A DNA stretch of 64,000 nt from an uncultured Planctomycetia bacterium (lineage in GTDB: Bacteria > Omnitrophota > Gorgyraeia > 1-14-0-20-64-10). This document shows positions 17,730-26,535 of this stretch, one piece after another. The stretch is taken from contig CAYJVR010000001.1 of NCBI GenBank assembly GCA_964373715.1, positions 21,164 through 85,163 on the forward strand, given 5' to 3'. Position numbers and translations under genes: made by a program. The notes beneath the pieces were generated by a model, which did not search any database, had not been told where the DNA came from, and worked only from the letters and a program-made list of their open reading frames with translations. Each line of letters opens with the position of its first letter. Positions within the stretch are counted from its first letter, which is position 1.

Positions 17730-19168
17730 TAAAGTCGGATTTTTCTCTCGTGTCCCGGGGGCTCCGAGAGAAAATGATCGTCGCTTTTTGCCTGATGTCG
17801 GTTGTGCCCCTTTTGGTTCTCATTTACATCGTGACGACTTACGCCACCCCGCATCTAAAGACCTGGTGGGATATCGGGATACTGATAGGCATCTCGGCTG
17901 GCATCTCTGTTTTGGGTTTTGTCGTTACCCGTTCGTTTGTTATCCCGGTTGTGAGATTAGCCGAAGAGGCGAAAACGATTGCCGAAGGTAAGGTAGATCA
18001 GCAGGTGGAAGTGACGACCGAAGATGAGATCGGTGCCCTGGGAAAATCGCTTAATGAAATCACGCATAGGGTCAGGGAGAACATGGCCCAGCTGCAGGTC
18101 TACGGCGAGGAGTCGCGCCATCTGCATTTAGAGATCAACCGCCGGATAGTGACGTTTTCAAACCTTCTGCAGGTCAGTAATCTGATTACCCAATCGGCGA
18201 AGGTGGAGGAGATCGTCGCATTTATTCTGGAGAAGCTCAGCCATTTGGAAGAGGTGGAACTCAACCTCTTTCTCGAGCCTTCCAGCAGCCCAGATCTCTT
18301 TGTCGTCCGGATGGCCATGGGCGCGGACCGATCGAAAGCGGATAAGGCCGCGAACGTCTCGGTTTCTCTTCCTTGGCTCCACCGTTGCGCCTCGGAGAGG
18401 AAGATGCTCGTTCTTGACGCCAATACGGGAATCCAGGAGGAAAAGGATCTTTTATGCCGGTATTTCGGCATGCTGAACGCTGTTTGCCAGCCGCTGGTCG
18501 GCATGGGCAAAGTGATCGGGGTCCTGGTATGCGGAAACTCAAAAGAGAACTTTACTTTTGACGATGACTCGCAGGATATCCTGAGGGTTTTTGCGAAACA
18601 GATGGCGATTGCCATTGAGAACGATCTGCTCGTCAATCGGGCTAAGAAGTTGGAGATCCTCGATGATCTGACCGGACTTTACAATGCCCGTTACTCGAAA
18701 AACCGGCTGGAAGAGGAGATCCATCGGTCCATGAGGTTTCACCACCCCTGCTCCCTCATGATCCTGAATATCGATGGTTTCAAGAAGATCCAGGAGCGTC
18801 ATGGCCAGCAGTCGGCGAATAAGATTCTCGTGCGGGCGGCGGACCTGATACGCGGGGAGCTCAGCGATGTGGATCGGGTAGGGCGCATCGGTCCAGATGA
18901 ATTCTGCCTCATTCTTCCGGAGAGAAACAAGCGGGAGGCTATTCAGCTTGCCGAAAGGATCCGCAAGAAGATCGAGACCAGCGTTTTTGTGAAAGAGGGC
19001 CAGAAAATTCCAGAGCCTTTGACGATCTCGGGAGGGATCAGTGAAAATCCTTTGGATGGTTCAACGAGCGATGAGTTATTCAATAAAGCAATGGAGTTAA
19101 TGAAACTGGCCAAAGTGCAGGGGAAGAACAGGATTAACCCCGATCTTCCAGGCCACACCAAGGTGTGA
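17693..19168 (+). CDS. Membrane sensor with 2 TM, HAMP, GAF-like and GGDEF domains. The GGDEF motif is degenerate (GPDEF), so this is probably a c-di-GMP effector or inactive cyclase.
   Basis: TM helices at aa 28-50 and 60-82, a HAMP segment, and a GGDEF fold (DLTGLYNARY...LNIDGFKKIQERHG...RIGPDEFCLILPE). The signature reads G-P-D-E-F at nt 18890-18904. The RxxD I-site position reads SDVD. Confidence 0.8.
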   Translation: MDEGKMPKRSPIVKSDFSLVSRGLREKMIVAFCLMSVVPLLVLIYIVTTYATPHLKTWWDIGILIGISAGISVLGFVVTRSFVIPVVRLAEEAKTIAEGKVDQQVEVTTEDEIGALGKSLNEITHRVRENMAQLQVYGEESRHLHLEINRRIVTFSNLLQVSNLITQSAKVEEIVAFILEKLSHLEEVELNLFLEPSSSPDLFVVRMAMGADRSKADKAANVSVSLPWLHRCASERKMLVLDANTGIQEEKDLLCRYFGMLNAVCQPLVGMGKVIGVLVCGNSKENFTFDDDSQDILRVFAKQMAIAIENDLLVNRAKKLEILDDLTGLYNARYSKNRLEEEIHRSMRFHHPCSLMILNIDGFKKIQERHGQQSANKILVRAADLIRGELSDVDRVGRIGPDEFCLILPERNKREAIQLAERIRKKIETSVFVKEGQKIPEPLTISGGISENPLDGSTSDELFNKAMELMKLAKVQGKNRINPDLPGHTKV

Positions 19169-19181
19169 GGGCTACTAAATT

Positions 19182-20291
19182 ATGGGCGCGACAATCATTA
19201 CTCTGCAAGGAGAGACAGCGTTAAAGCCCCAGATGGAGCAGATGCTGAAGCTGATGGTCGAACGGAGAGCCTCAGACCTCCACCTGACAGTGAATTCCCA
19301 CCCGATGCTGCGTGTGGACGAAGGGTTGATCCCCTTAACCGAGTTTCCGGTTTTTTCCGGCGAAGACACGAGAGTTTTTGCCTACAGCCTGTTATTACCC
19401 GAGCAGAAAAAAATGTTCGAAACCAATAGAGAGCTCGACATCTCGTTTGGCGTCAGCGGCATGGGCCGCTTTCGCGTTAACGTTTTTCTCCAGAGGGGAT
19501 CGGTGAGCGTGGCTCTGCGGCTTTTACCGGCAGAAATACGAACATTTGAGCAATGCGGCCTGCCCGGAAAAATCATGGAAGAACTGTGCCGGAGAAAGAG
19601 GGGACTGATCCTGATTACCGGTTCCACTGGGAGCGGAAAATCCACCACGATGGCTTCGATGGTCGAGTGGATCAACAGCAACCGCAGTTGCCACATTATT
19701 ACGGTGGAGGACCCGATCGAGTACGTTTATAAGAATAAAAAAGCGATTGTCGACCAGCGGGAGGTAGGGATGGACACCCATTCTTTCGGCAACGCTTTAA
19801 AGCATATGCTTCGGGAAGACCCCAATGTGATCCTGATCGGAGAAATGCGCGACCTCGAGACGATTGAGTCGGCTCTCAACATCGCGGAAACAGGGCACCT
19901 TGTGCTGGCGACCCTGCACACGAACGACGCTGTCCAGACGGTGAACCGCATCGTGGATGTTTTTCCCTCTCACCAGCAGCAGCAGGTGCGCGTCCAGCTT
20001 TCCTTCGTTTTGCTGGCGGTTATGACCCAGCAGCTGATTCCAAAAGCGGGTGGAATGGGCCGCGTTCTCGGGATAGAAATCCTGATGGCCAATCCGGCTG
20101 TCCGCTCGCTGATCCGTGAAGGGAAAGCGCACCAGATTTATTCGGTGATCCAGACCAGCCATCGGGAAGGGATGAGGACGATGAACCACTCGTTGGCCGA
20201 GATGCATGTCCGAGGTGACGTCTCCTATGAAGAGGCCTTGGGGCGCTCATCCGATCCGGAGGAATTCCTGCGTTTGATTCATCACAAATAA
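19182..20291 (+). CDS. pilT: Type IV pilus retraction ATPase PilT
   Basis: 369 aa. Walker A GSTGSGKST, Asp box, His box (ATLHTNDA), and the PilT-family AIRNLIREGK-like motif. Confidence 0.9.
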   Translation: MGATIITLQGETALKPQMEQMLKLMVERRASDLHLTVNSHPMLRVDEGLIPLTEFPVFSGEDTRVFAYSLLLPEQKKMFETNRELDISFGVSGMGRFRVNVFLQRGSVSVALRLLPAEIRTFEQCGLPGKIMEELCRRKRGLILITGSTGSGKSTTMASMVEWINSNRSCHIITVEDPIEYVYKNKKAIVDQREVGMDTHSFGNALKHMLREDPNVILIGEMRDLETIESALNIAETGHLVLATLHTNDAVQTVNRIVDVFPSHQQQQVRVQLSFVLLAVMTQQLIPKAGGMGRVLGIEILMANPAVRSLIREGKAHQIYSVIQTSHREGMRTMNHSLAEMHVRGDVSYEEALGRSSDPEEFLRLIHHK

Positions 20292-20328
20292 AGAACCGAA
20301 GGGTAAGCCATGTCGCTGCGGGGGATGG

Positions 20329-20763
20329 ATGATAGCAAAAAAATTGGGCGAACTCCTGGTGGAGCGGAAAGTGATCTCCCCGGAGCAATTAAGCGAGGCA
20401 TTTAAAATTCAGCAGGAGAAGGGCGGCTTGCTGGGGCAGATCCTCGTTGAGCTTGGCTATTCCACGGAGGAGGCTGTCGCCCAAGCGCTTACCGCCCAAT
20501 ACGGTTTCCCGTACCTTCCGCTGAAACATTACGCCATTGACAATGAACTCTTAATCCTTATCCCGGAGAACGTCGCGAAGCAGTATTGTCTGATCCCCGT
20601 CGATAGGATTGGCAACACTCTCACGGTGGCGATGGCGGATCCGTTGAACGCGAAGGCGGTTGAAGACATCGAGATGCTCAGCCGCTGTTCCGTGCAGGTG
20701 TTTGTGACTACGATGAGCGATGTCATTGAGGCGATCGGGCGTTGTTATGGAGCCAAGCCATGA
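20329..20763 (+). CDS. Stand-alone MshEN / GspE-N-terminal (T2SSE_N) domain protein, a putative c-di-GMP receptor
   Basis: 144 aa. KKLGELLVERKVISPEQLSEAFKIQQ and LLGQILVELGYSTEEAVAQALTAQ resemble the two 24-residue MshEN c-di-GMP-binding motifs (RLGxxLVxxGxIxxxxLxxALxxQ). Ends in an ATGA overlap with pilB. Confidence 0.7.
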   Translation: MIAKKLGELLVERKVISPEQLSEAFKIQQEKGGLLGQILVELGYSTEEAVAQALTAQYGFPYLPLKHYAIDNELLILIPENVAKQYCLIPVDRIGNTLTVAMADPLNAKAVEDIEMLSRCSVQVFVTTMSDVIEAIGRCYGAKP

Positions 20764-22496
20764 CCAAACCGGACCCCTTGCAGAAAGCTTCCATGGGGAT
20801 CAGCGAGCGGCTTGCTGGAGTTCTTTTGAGCGAAAAACTTCTCAAGAAGGAGGATATCGAGAAGGCGTTGGCCCTTCAGCGGGAAAAGGGAGGATCTTTA
20901 AGCCAGGTTCTGATCGAGATGGGATTGGTGGAGGCCAAGGCCCTCGCGGCGGTTTTAAGCCGCACACTTCATATACCGATTATAAGTCTCTCAAAAATGG
21001 AATTGGATCCCGACATGGCGAAGCTGATTTCCCGGAAGTTGGCCATCCATTACCAAATTATTCCGGTTTCCCTCATGGGGAAACAGCTCACCGTGGTGAT
21101 GGCCGATCCGATGAATATCCTCGCGCTGGACCATCTCAGCCAGGCGACCGGAATGATCCTGACCCCTTTGATTACCACGCAGGAGGAGGTTCAAGACGCG
21201 CTCAACAGGTTATACGGAGGGGTCATCGCCGATACTCTGCAGGAACTTCAAGGAGGGCCTGTTTCTATCGAGGTTCTTGCCGAGAGGAAAGAGTCCAGCG
21301 GGTCGGAACAGGTCGAGGATCTGATCCGGTTGACAAAGGAAGGTCCTGTTGTTCGGATCACGAACGCGATCCTGACGGAAGGGGTGACTTTGAAGGCAAG
21401 CGATATATTGATCGAACCCTTTGAAAGGCGCCTTCGGATCCGTTACCGGGTCGATGGGGTCTTCCGGGAAGGGCAGTCGCTGCCTCCGGCGATGCATGCT
21501 GGTGTCGTATCGAGGATAAAAGTGATGTCGAACCTGAACATCGCCGAGCACCGTTTGCCGCAGGATGGGCGGATTAAATTCTCAGTGGCGAGTCGGGGTG
21601 TCGATTTCCGCGTTTCTGTCATCCCCACCTATTATGGTGAAAAAGTCTGTCTTCGGATCCTCGATAAGAGCCAAGTAAGGCTCGATGTGGACAAGCTGGG
21701 TTTCGATCCTGAGCCTTTGAGGGTTCTAAAGAAGGCGATGATGCACCCGCACGGGATGGTTTTGATCACCGGGCCGACCGGTTCCGGGAAAACAACGACT
21801 CTTTACGGACTGCTCAGCTTGGTGGATCGGCCGGAAAAGAATCTCGTGACTGTTGAGGATCCGGTGGAATACGACCTGCCGGGGATCAACCAGGTAGCCG
21901 TGCGTTCCGAAATCGGGCTGACCTTCGCTACGGTTTTGCGTTCCATCCTCCGGCAGGACCCGAATGTCATCATGATCGGCGAGATACGGGATGAAGAGAC
22001 GGCAGATATCGCGGTCAAGGCGGCTTTAACCGGGCACCTCGTACTTTCCACACTGCACACGAACGATGCGATCGGTGCGGTGGCCCGGTTGGCCAACATG
22101 GGGATCGAGCCTTATTTGATCGCCTCCTGCGTTCTTTTAGTCGGGGCGCAGAGGCTGCCTCGCCGCGTCTGTCCGCGCTGCAAGCAGCCGGTCCGGCATT
22201 CGAGAGAGCTTCTTGAGCGGATGGCGCTGCCTCTCGATGGCAGTTACATGAAGGGGAAGGGATGCGTCGAATGCCGCAGTACCGGGTTGGCCGGCCGTAT
22301 CGGCCTGCTTGAGGCTGTTCCGATCACCTCGGACCTGCGAAGATTGGTTGACCAGGGGGCTTCTTCCGTTAAGTTGCAGGGGGCTGCTCGGGCTGCCGGC
22401 TTTTATTCGCTCAGAGATTATGCGGTGGCAAAGGCAGTGGCAGGTTTGATCCCTCTGGAAGAGGTGGCCCGCACAACGGTTGGATTTCAAGAATAA
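20760..22496 (+). CDS. pilB: Type IV pilus assembly (extension) ATPase PilB/GspE, copy 1
   Basis: N-terminal GspE_N domain, Walker A GPTGSGKTT, Asp and His boxes, and a tetracysteine Zn motif (CPRC...CVEC). Confidence 0.9.
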   Translation: MTKPDPLQKASMGISERLAGVLLSEKLLKKEDIEKALALQREKGGSLSQVLIEMGLVEAKALAAVLSRTLHIPIISLSKMELDPDMAKLISRKLAIHYQIIPVSLMGKQLTVVMADPMNILALDHLSQATGMILTPLITTQEEVQDALNRLYGGVIADTLQELQGGPVSIEVLAERKESSGSEQVEDLIRLTKEGPVVRITNAILTEGVTLKASDILIEPFERRLRIRYRVDGVFREGQSLPPAMHAGVVSRIKVMSNLNIAEHRLPQDGRIKFSVASRGVDFRVSVIPTYYGEKVCLRILDKSQVRLDVDKLGFDPEPLRVLKKAMMHPHGMVLITGPTGSGKTTTLYGLLSLVDRPEKNLVTVEDPVEYDLPGINQVAVRSEIGLTFATVLRSILRQDPNVIMIGEIRDEETADIAVKAALTGHLVLSTLHTNDAIGAVARLANMGIEPYLIASCVLLVGAQRLPRRVCPRCKQPVRHSRELLERMALPLDGSYMKGKGCVECRSTGLAGRIGLLEAVPITSDLRRLVDQGASSVKLQGAARAAGFYSLRDYAVAKAVAGLIPLEEVARTTVGFQE

Positions 22497-22497
22497 G

Positions 22498-24225
22498 ATG
22501 GCAAACTCATTAAGACAGAAAGTCGTAGATCTCCTTGTCGAGACGTGCGGAGTGGACCGGGAGAAGCTGGAAACCGCGCTGAAATCGCCCAAGGCGAGGG
22601 AGAAGACCCTCAGCCAACTTCTGGTGGAGGAGGGTTTGGTCAGCCAGCAGGACCTTCTCGCCACGCTCGCCGAAGGACTTCACCTGCCGCCGATCAATTT
22701 GGCCCGCTATCAGATTGATCCAGCCCTCTCTGAAGTAATCCCTGAAAGGATGGCCCGCCAATACAGGGTTGTACCCGTTTCCCGGATCGGCAACCGATTG
22801 TCGGTGGCGATGGCCGATCCGATGAATATTTTGGCCTTGGATGATCTGGCGATGACGACCTTGCTCGACATCAGCCCTGTCATCGCGGCGGAAAGGGATG
22901 TGGATCAGGCTATCCAAAAGCTGTATCATCCCGGCTTCTCTCCGGAGGCTTTGAACACCGGTTCCCAGGCTGAATTTATGGGCGGTTCGGAGGAGATGGA
23001 GGAGGAATCCGATTCAGAAGAGGATGTCGTGGATCTGACCGCCTTCGGCATGGCCGGCCAAAAAGCTCCGATCGTTAAGGTGGTGGATATGATGATCATT
23101 GAAGCCTTGAAGGCGCGCGCCAGCGATATCCATGTCGAACCCTATGAGAAAGATATCAGAATCCGGTATCGGGTGGACGGTTCCTTGATAGAGGTTTTTC
23201 GCCTGCCGAAGAGGCACCAGAGCGCTCTCGTCACGCGCTTAAAGATCCTTTCCAAGCTGGACATCACGGAGAACCGACTCCCGCAGGATGGGCGTTTTAA
23301 AGTCCGTTCGGAGAACAGGGAGGTGGACTTCCGCGTTTCCGTGCTTCCGATCTCCTTTGGGAATAAGGTTGTCATGCGCGTGCTGGACAAAGGCAATCTC
23401 TCGGTGGGATTGGAAAAGCTGGGACTGCTGCCGGAGTCCCGCGCCGTTTTTGAGAAGGCGGTTGCCCGGCCCTACGGCATGCTTCTGATCACGGGTCCGA
23501 CGGGAAGCGGGAAATCCACGACCCTCTATTCCGTGTTAGCCCAGATGAATCAGCCGGTCCGAAACATTATGACGATCGAGGACCCGGTGGAGTACCAGGT
23601 GGAGGGTATCACGCAGGTCCAGGTCAACCCGGAGATCGGGCTGACTTTTCCCTCCACGCTGAGGTCATTTCTCCGGCAGGCTCCTGATGTGGTTTTTGTG
23701 GGTGAGATAAGGGACGGCGAAACGGCCGATATCGCGATCAAGGCCTCTCTCACCGGGCAGGTTGTCCTCTCGACTCTTCACACGAATGACGCCTCCAGCT
23801 CCATCACCCGGCTTATAGATATGGGGGTGGATCCCTTCCTGCTGGCTTCCAGCCTTATTTTTGTGGCCGCCCAGCGTTTGTGCCGCCAGGTCTGCCCTCG
23901 GTGCAAAATCCCCGAACAGGTGCCGCCGGAGCGCCTTAAAGCGGCGGGCCTGAAGCTGGAGAAGAACCAGCTCCTTTACAAAGGGCAGGGCTGCAGCTAT
24001 TGCCGTCAAACAGGATTTAGGGGACGCTTCGCTATTTTAGAGGCGATGCTGGTGGACGACGCGATCCGGGAGATGATTATCGCTCGAAAGTCATCCGATG
24101 AGATTAAAACATATGCCGTGGAACGCGGGATGAGAACGCTTCGGCAGGAAGGGCTGGTTCATCTGCTGGATGGCCGGACCAGCTTTGATGAGGTGCAGAG
24201 GGTAACCAGCGAAGACGAGGAGTAA
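22498..24225 (+). CDS. Second PilB/GspE-family ATPase paralog (copy 2)
   Basis: Same architecture: GspE_N, Walker A GPTGSGKST, CPRC...CSYC tetracysteine. About 45-50% identical to copy 1 by eye. An alternative ATG at 22480 is possible. Confidence 0.9.
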   Translation: MANSLRQKVVDLLVETCGVDREKLETALKSPKAREKTLSQLLVEEGLVSQQDLLATLAEGLHLPPINLARYQIDPALSEVIPERMARQYRVVPVSRIGNRLSVAMADPMNILALDDLAMTTLLDISPVIAAERDVDQAIQKLYHPGFSPEALNTGSQAEFMGGSEEMEEESDSEEDVVDLTAFGMAGQKAPIVKVVDMMIIEALKARASDIHVEPYEKDIRIRYRVDGSLIEVFRLPKRHQSALVTRLKILSKLDITENRLPQDGRFKVRSENREVDFRVSVLPISFGNKVVMRVLDKGNLSVGLEKLGLLPESRAVFEKAVARPYGMLLITGPTGSGKSTTLYSVLAQMNQPVRNIMTIEDPVEYQVEGITQVQVNPEIGLTFPSTLRSFLRQAPDVVFVGEIRDGETADIAIKASLTGQVVLSTLHTNDASSSITRLIDMGVDPFLLASSLIFVAAQRLCRQVCPRCKIPEQVPPERLKAAGLKLEKNQLLYKGQGCSYCRQTGFRGRFAILEAMLVDDAIREMIIARKSSDEIKTYAVERGMRTLRQEGLVHLLDGRTSFDEVQRVTSEDEE

Positions 24226-24229
24226 AGCG

Positions 24230-25432
24230 ATGCCTGTTTTTGCTTATGTTGCTAAGATGGACGATGGCCGGACGGTGAAAGGCTTTCTGGAGGCCCACTC
24301 CAAGTCAGCGATGCTCGAAACGCTCCACAGGCAGGGGCTCATCGTTCTGGAGGTTAATATCAAGAAAGTCGCCGGTTCGCCCGCGTTCGGCGGGAGGGTA
24401 AAAGCGGATGACCTGGCTATTTTCTCCCGGCAGCTGGCCACCCTCGTGGATGCCGGTATTCCGATCGTCGGCGGTTTAGAGGCGGTCTCGGACCAACTCG
24501 AAAATCCGCAGCTCCGGCAGGTGGTGATCAAGATCTATGAGGCGGTAGAGGGGGGCATGAACCTGACGGCTGCCATTGCCAAGCAGAACGCCGTTTTCTC
24601 CCCTTTGTTCGTCAACATGGTCAGGGCAGGGGAAGCCAGCGGCCATTTGGCCGATGTTTTGGACCGGCTGGCGACTTATCTTGAAAAGAGCGCCGCCCTT
24701 CAGAGGAAAGTCAAATCGGCCTGTATTTATCCGGCGATCGTTATCTCGATGGCTCTGATCATCACCACGCTGCTGATGATCAAAGTGATCCCCGTTTTTA
24801 AACAGATGTTCGAGCAGTTGGATGTGGATCTTCCTCTCCCGACACAGATTCTCATAGCCACGAGCGACCTGATGGCGGCCTTTTTCCTTCCCGGAATCGG
24901 TTTGATCATCGCGGCGGTTTTTCTTTTCCGCCGCCTGATTAAGACGCCCAATGGGCGCCTTTGGTTCCACCGCTTTTTGCTGAAAGCGGTCATTGTCGGG
25001 CCGATCGTTCGGAAGGTCGCGATTGCCAAATTTGCCCGCACCCTTTCCACGCTTGTCAGAAGCGGTGTTCCGATCCTTTTGGCGCTGGAGATTGTTTCCG
25101 AAACGTCGGGGAACCGCGTGGTGGAGCTGGCTGTTCTTCAGGTGAGGGCCTCGATCAAGGAGGGGGAAAATATCGCGGCACCGCTGGCGGCCAGCAAGGT
25201 TTTCCCCCCGCTTGTTGTCCGGATGATTGCCGTGGGGGAGCAGACCGGCCGGCTGGATGACATGCTCACCAAGATTGCCGAGTTTTATGAAGATCAGGCA
25301 GATACGGCAATAGCGGGACTGACTAGCGCCATCGAGCCGTTGATCATTGCCGTTTTAGGTGTTGTGGTGGGAGGCATCGTGATTTCGATCTTCCTGCCGA
25401 TCTTCAAACTGACGCAGGTATTTTCAGGCTAG
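24230..25432 (+). CDS. pilC: Type IV pilus inner-membrane platform protein PilC/GspF
   Basis: 400 aa with two repeated GspF domains and 3 TM segments. Lies directly after the ATPases. Confidence 0.9.
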   Translation: MPVFAYVAKMDDGRTVKGFLEAHSKSAMLETLHRQGLIVLEVNIKKVAGSPAFGGRVKADDLAIFSRQLATLVDAGIPIVGGLEAVSDQLENPQLRQVVIKIYEAVEGGMNLTAAIAKQNAVFSPLFVNMVRAGEASGHLADVLDRLATYLEKSAALQRKVKSACIYPAIVISMALIITTLLMIKVIPVFKQMFEQLDVDLPLPTQILIATSDLMAAFFLPGIGLIIAAVFLFRRLIKTPNGRLWFHRFLLKAVIVGPIVRKVAIAKFARTLSTLVRSGVPILLALEIVSETSGNRVVELAVLQVRASIKEGENIAAPLAASKVFPPLVVRMIAVGEQTGRLDDMLTKIAEFYEDQADTAIAGLTSAIEPLIIAVLGVVVGGIVISIFLPIFKLTQVFSG

Positions 25433-25576
25433 ATTTATAGCCAAATTTTTGTTAATTAACCCCCATTTAATTTCTTTAGAAAAGTCAGGTATACTTCAAA
25501 TCAGAGGTTATTAGATTATTGTAATTCATTAGATATAAATGAGTTGTGTAAAATTCGTAAATGGGAGGATTATAAA
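25433..25576 (+). promoter_or_regulatory. AT-rich (about 25% GC) leader/promoter region of the major pilin gene
   Basis: 144-bp AT-rich gap ending in a GGGAGG RBS 8 nt before the pilin ATG. No clear GG-N10-GC sigma-54 box was seen. Confidence 0.3.
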
Positions 25577-26017
25577 ATGCATACTCTAAATCGTAAGAAC
25601 TCCAAGGGTTTTACGCTCGTGGAGATCATGATCGTAGTCGCTATTATCGCGCTCATCGCAGCCATCGCGGTTCCTAACCTTTTGAGAGCGCGCCATAACG
25701 CCAATGAGACCGCGGCCATCGGAAATGTGAGGACGCTGCTGTCATCCTTGGAGTCGTTCCGGGCGGCGCAGAGCCCTCCAGCTTATCCGGATGCTTTGGA
25801 TGAGTTGAGCGCTGCGGATCCCCAGTATGTGCCGGATGAGCTGACGGATGGTGATCAGCAAGGATATGATTTTATTTTCACCCAGGTCAGCGATAACGAG
25901 TATACCCTGATTGCTACTCCAACAGTGGATGGCGTGACGGGAACGCGGCATTTCTTCGTGGACCAGACGGGTGTTATCCGGGTTGGTGATGACGACACGG
26001 GTACGCCGATCGAATAA
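25577..26017 (+). CDS. pilA: Type IV major pilin (PilA-like prepilin)
   Basis: 146 aa. Leader MHTLNRKNSKG followed by FTLVEIMIVVAIIALIAAIAVPNLL (class III signal: G-1, F+1, E+5). Strong RBS. Confidence 0.85.
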   Translation: MHTLNRKNSKGFTLVEIMIVVAIIALIAAIAVPNLLRARHNANETAAIGNVRTLLSSLESFRAAQSPPAYPDALDELSAADPQYVPDELTDGDQQGYDFIFTQVSDNEYTLIATPTVDGVTGTRHFFVDQTGVIRVGDDDTGTPIE

Positions 26018-26028
26018 ACAGCGGAGAG

Positions 26029-26101
26029 GCGCTAGCTTAACGCTAGCATGCCCAAACATGCAGGGGCGGCGACCCAAAGGTTGCCGCCCCTGCATGTTTG
26101 G
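26029..26101 (+). terminator. Compound stem-loop after the major pilin gene: a 6-bp gctagc hairpin plus a perfect 19-bp-stem hairpin. No T-tract, so it is more likely an attenuator or mRNA-stabilising element.
   Basis: gctagc(26031-36)-ttaac-gctagc(26042-47). Then ccaaacatgcaggggcggc (26052-26070) pairs with gccgcccctgcatgtttgg (26083-26101) around a 12-nt loop. Confidence 0.55.
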
Positions 26102-26119
26102 AGTGGGAAAGGGCGATCC

Positions 26120-26533
26120 ATGATTTTTCCCGGGGTGGATAAAAGAAGGCGCAGTGCGTCAGGCTTCACGCTGATCGAAGTATTGGTCGGCATGGCGGTT
26201 TTTGTCACGGCGCTTGTCGTTTTGTTGGGGATATACACCGGTATCGCTGCTCTCAGGGAATCGGGCCGGAATACGACCCAAGCGGTGGCGGATGCGAGGG
26301 CCGTTCTGGAAGCGATGAGGGACAGGTCGTCGACCGGTTTGTCTAACGTAACTGCGCAGGATTGGACCCAGTGGGCCGAAGATAACGGGTTGACCTCTCT
26401 TGACAGTGAGGTGATCACTGTCGATTACGTGGATACGTCAGCAGATCCGCTGGAAATCACGGTTCAGGTGGATTGGGTGGAGCGGGTAAGGGAGCGCTCG
26501 ATGACCATCAGCACTTTGATGACGCAGAGGTGA
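26120..26533 (+). CDS. Minor pilin / pseudopilin (GspI/PilV-like)
   Basis: 137 aa. MIFPGVDKRRRSASG followed by FTLIEVLVGMAVFV prepilin signal. The ORF-track start at 26048 lies inside the hairpin and was rejected. Confidence 0.7.
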   Translation: MIFPGVDKRRRSASGFTLIEVLVGMAVFVTALVVLLGIYTGIAALRESGRNTTQAVADARAVLEAMRDRSSTGLSNVTAQDWTQWAEDNGLTSLDSEVITVDYVDTSADPLEITVQVDWVERVRERSMTISTLMTQR

Positions 26534-26535
26534 GA

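Noticed and set aside
25433-25576. Possible sigma-54 (GG-N10-GC) promoter upstream of the pilin, as in PilR/RpoN-controlled pilA genes
   Set aside because: No TGGCAC-N5-TTGC-like element could be found in the AT-rich leader. Left as an unspecified promoter region.
26048-26119. ORF-track start of the first minor pilin at 26048 (MPKHAGAATQRLPPLHVW...)
   Set aside because: The extension is encoded by the 19-bp-stem hairpin itself. The prepilin signal with an RBS begins at ATG 26120.
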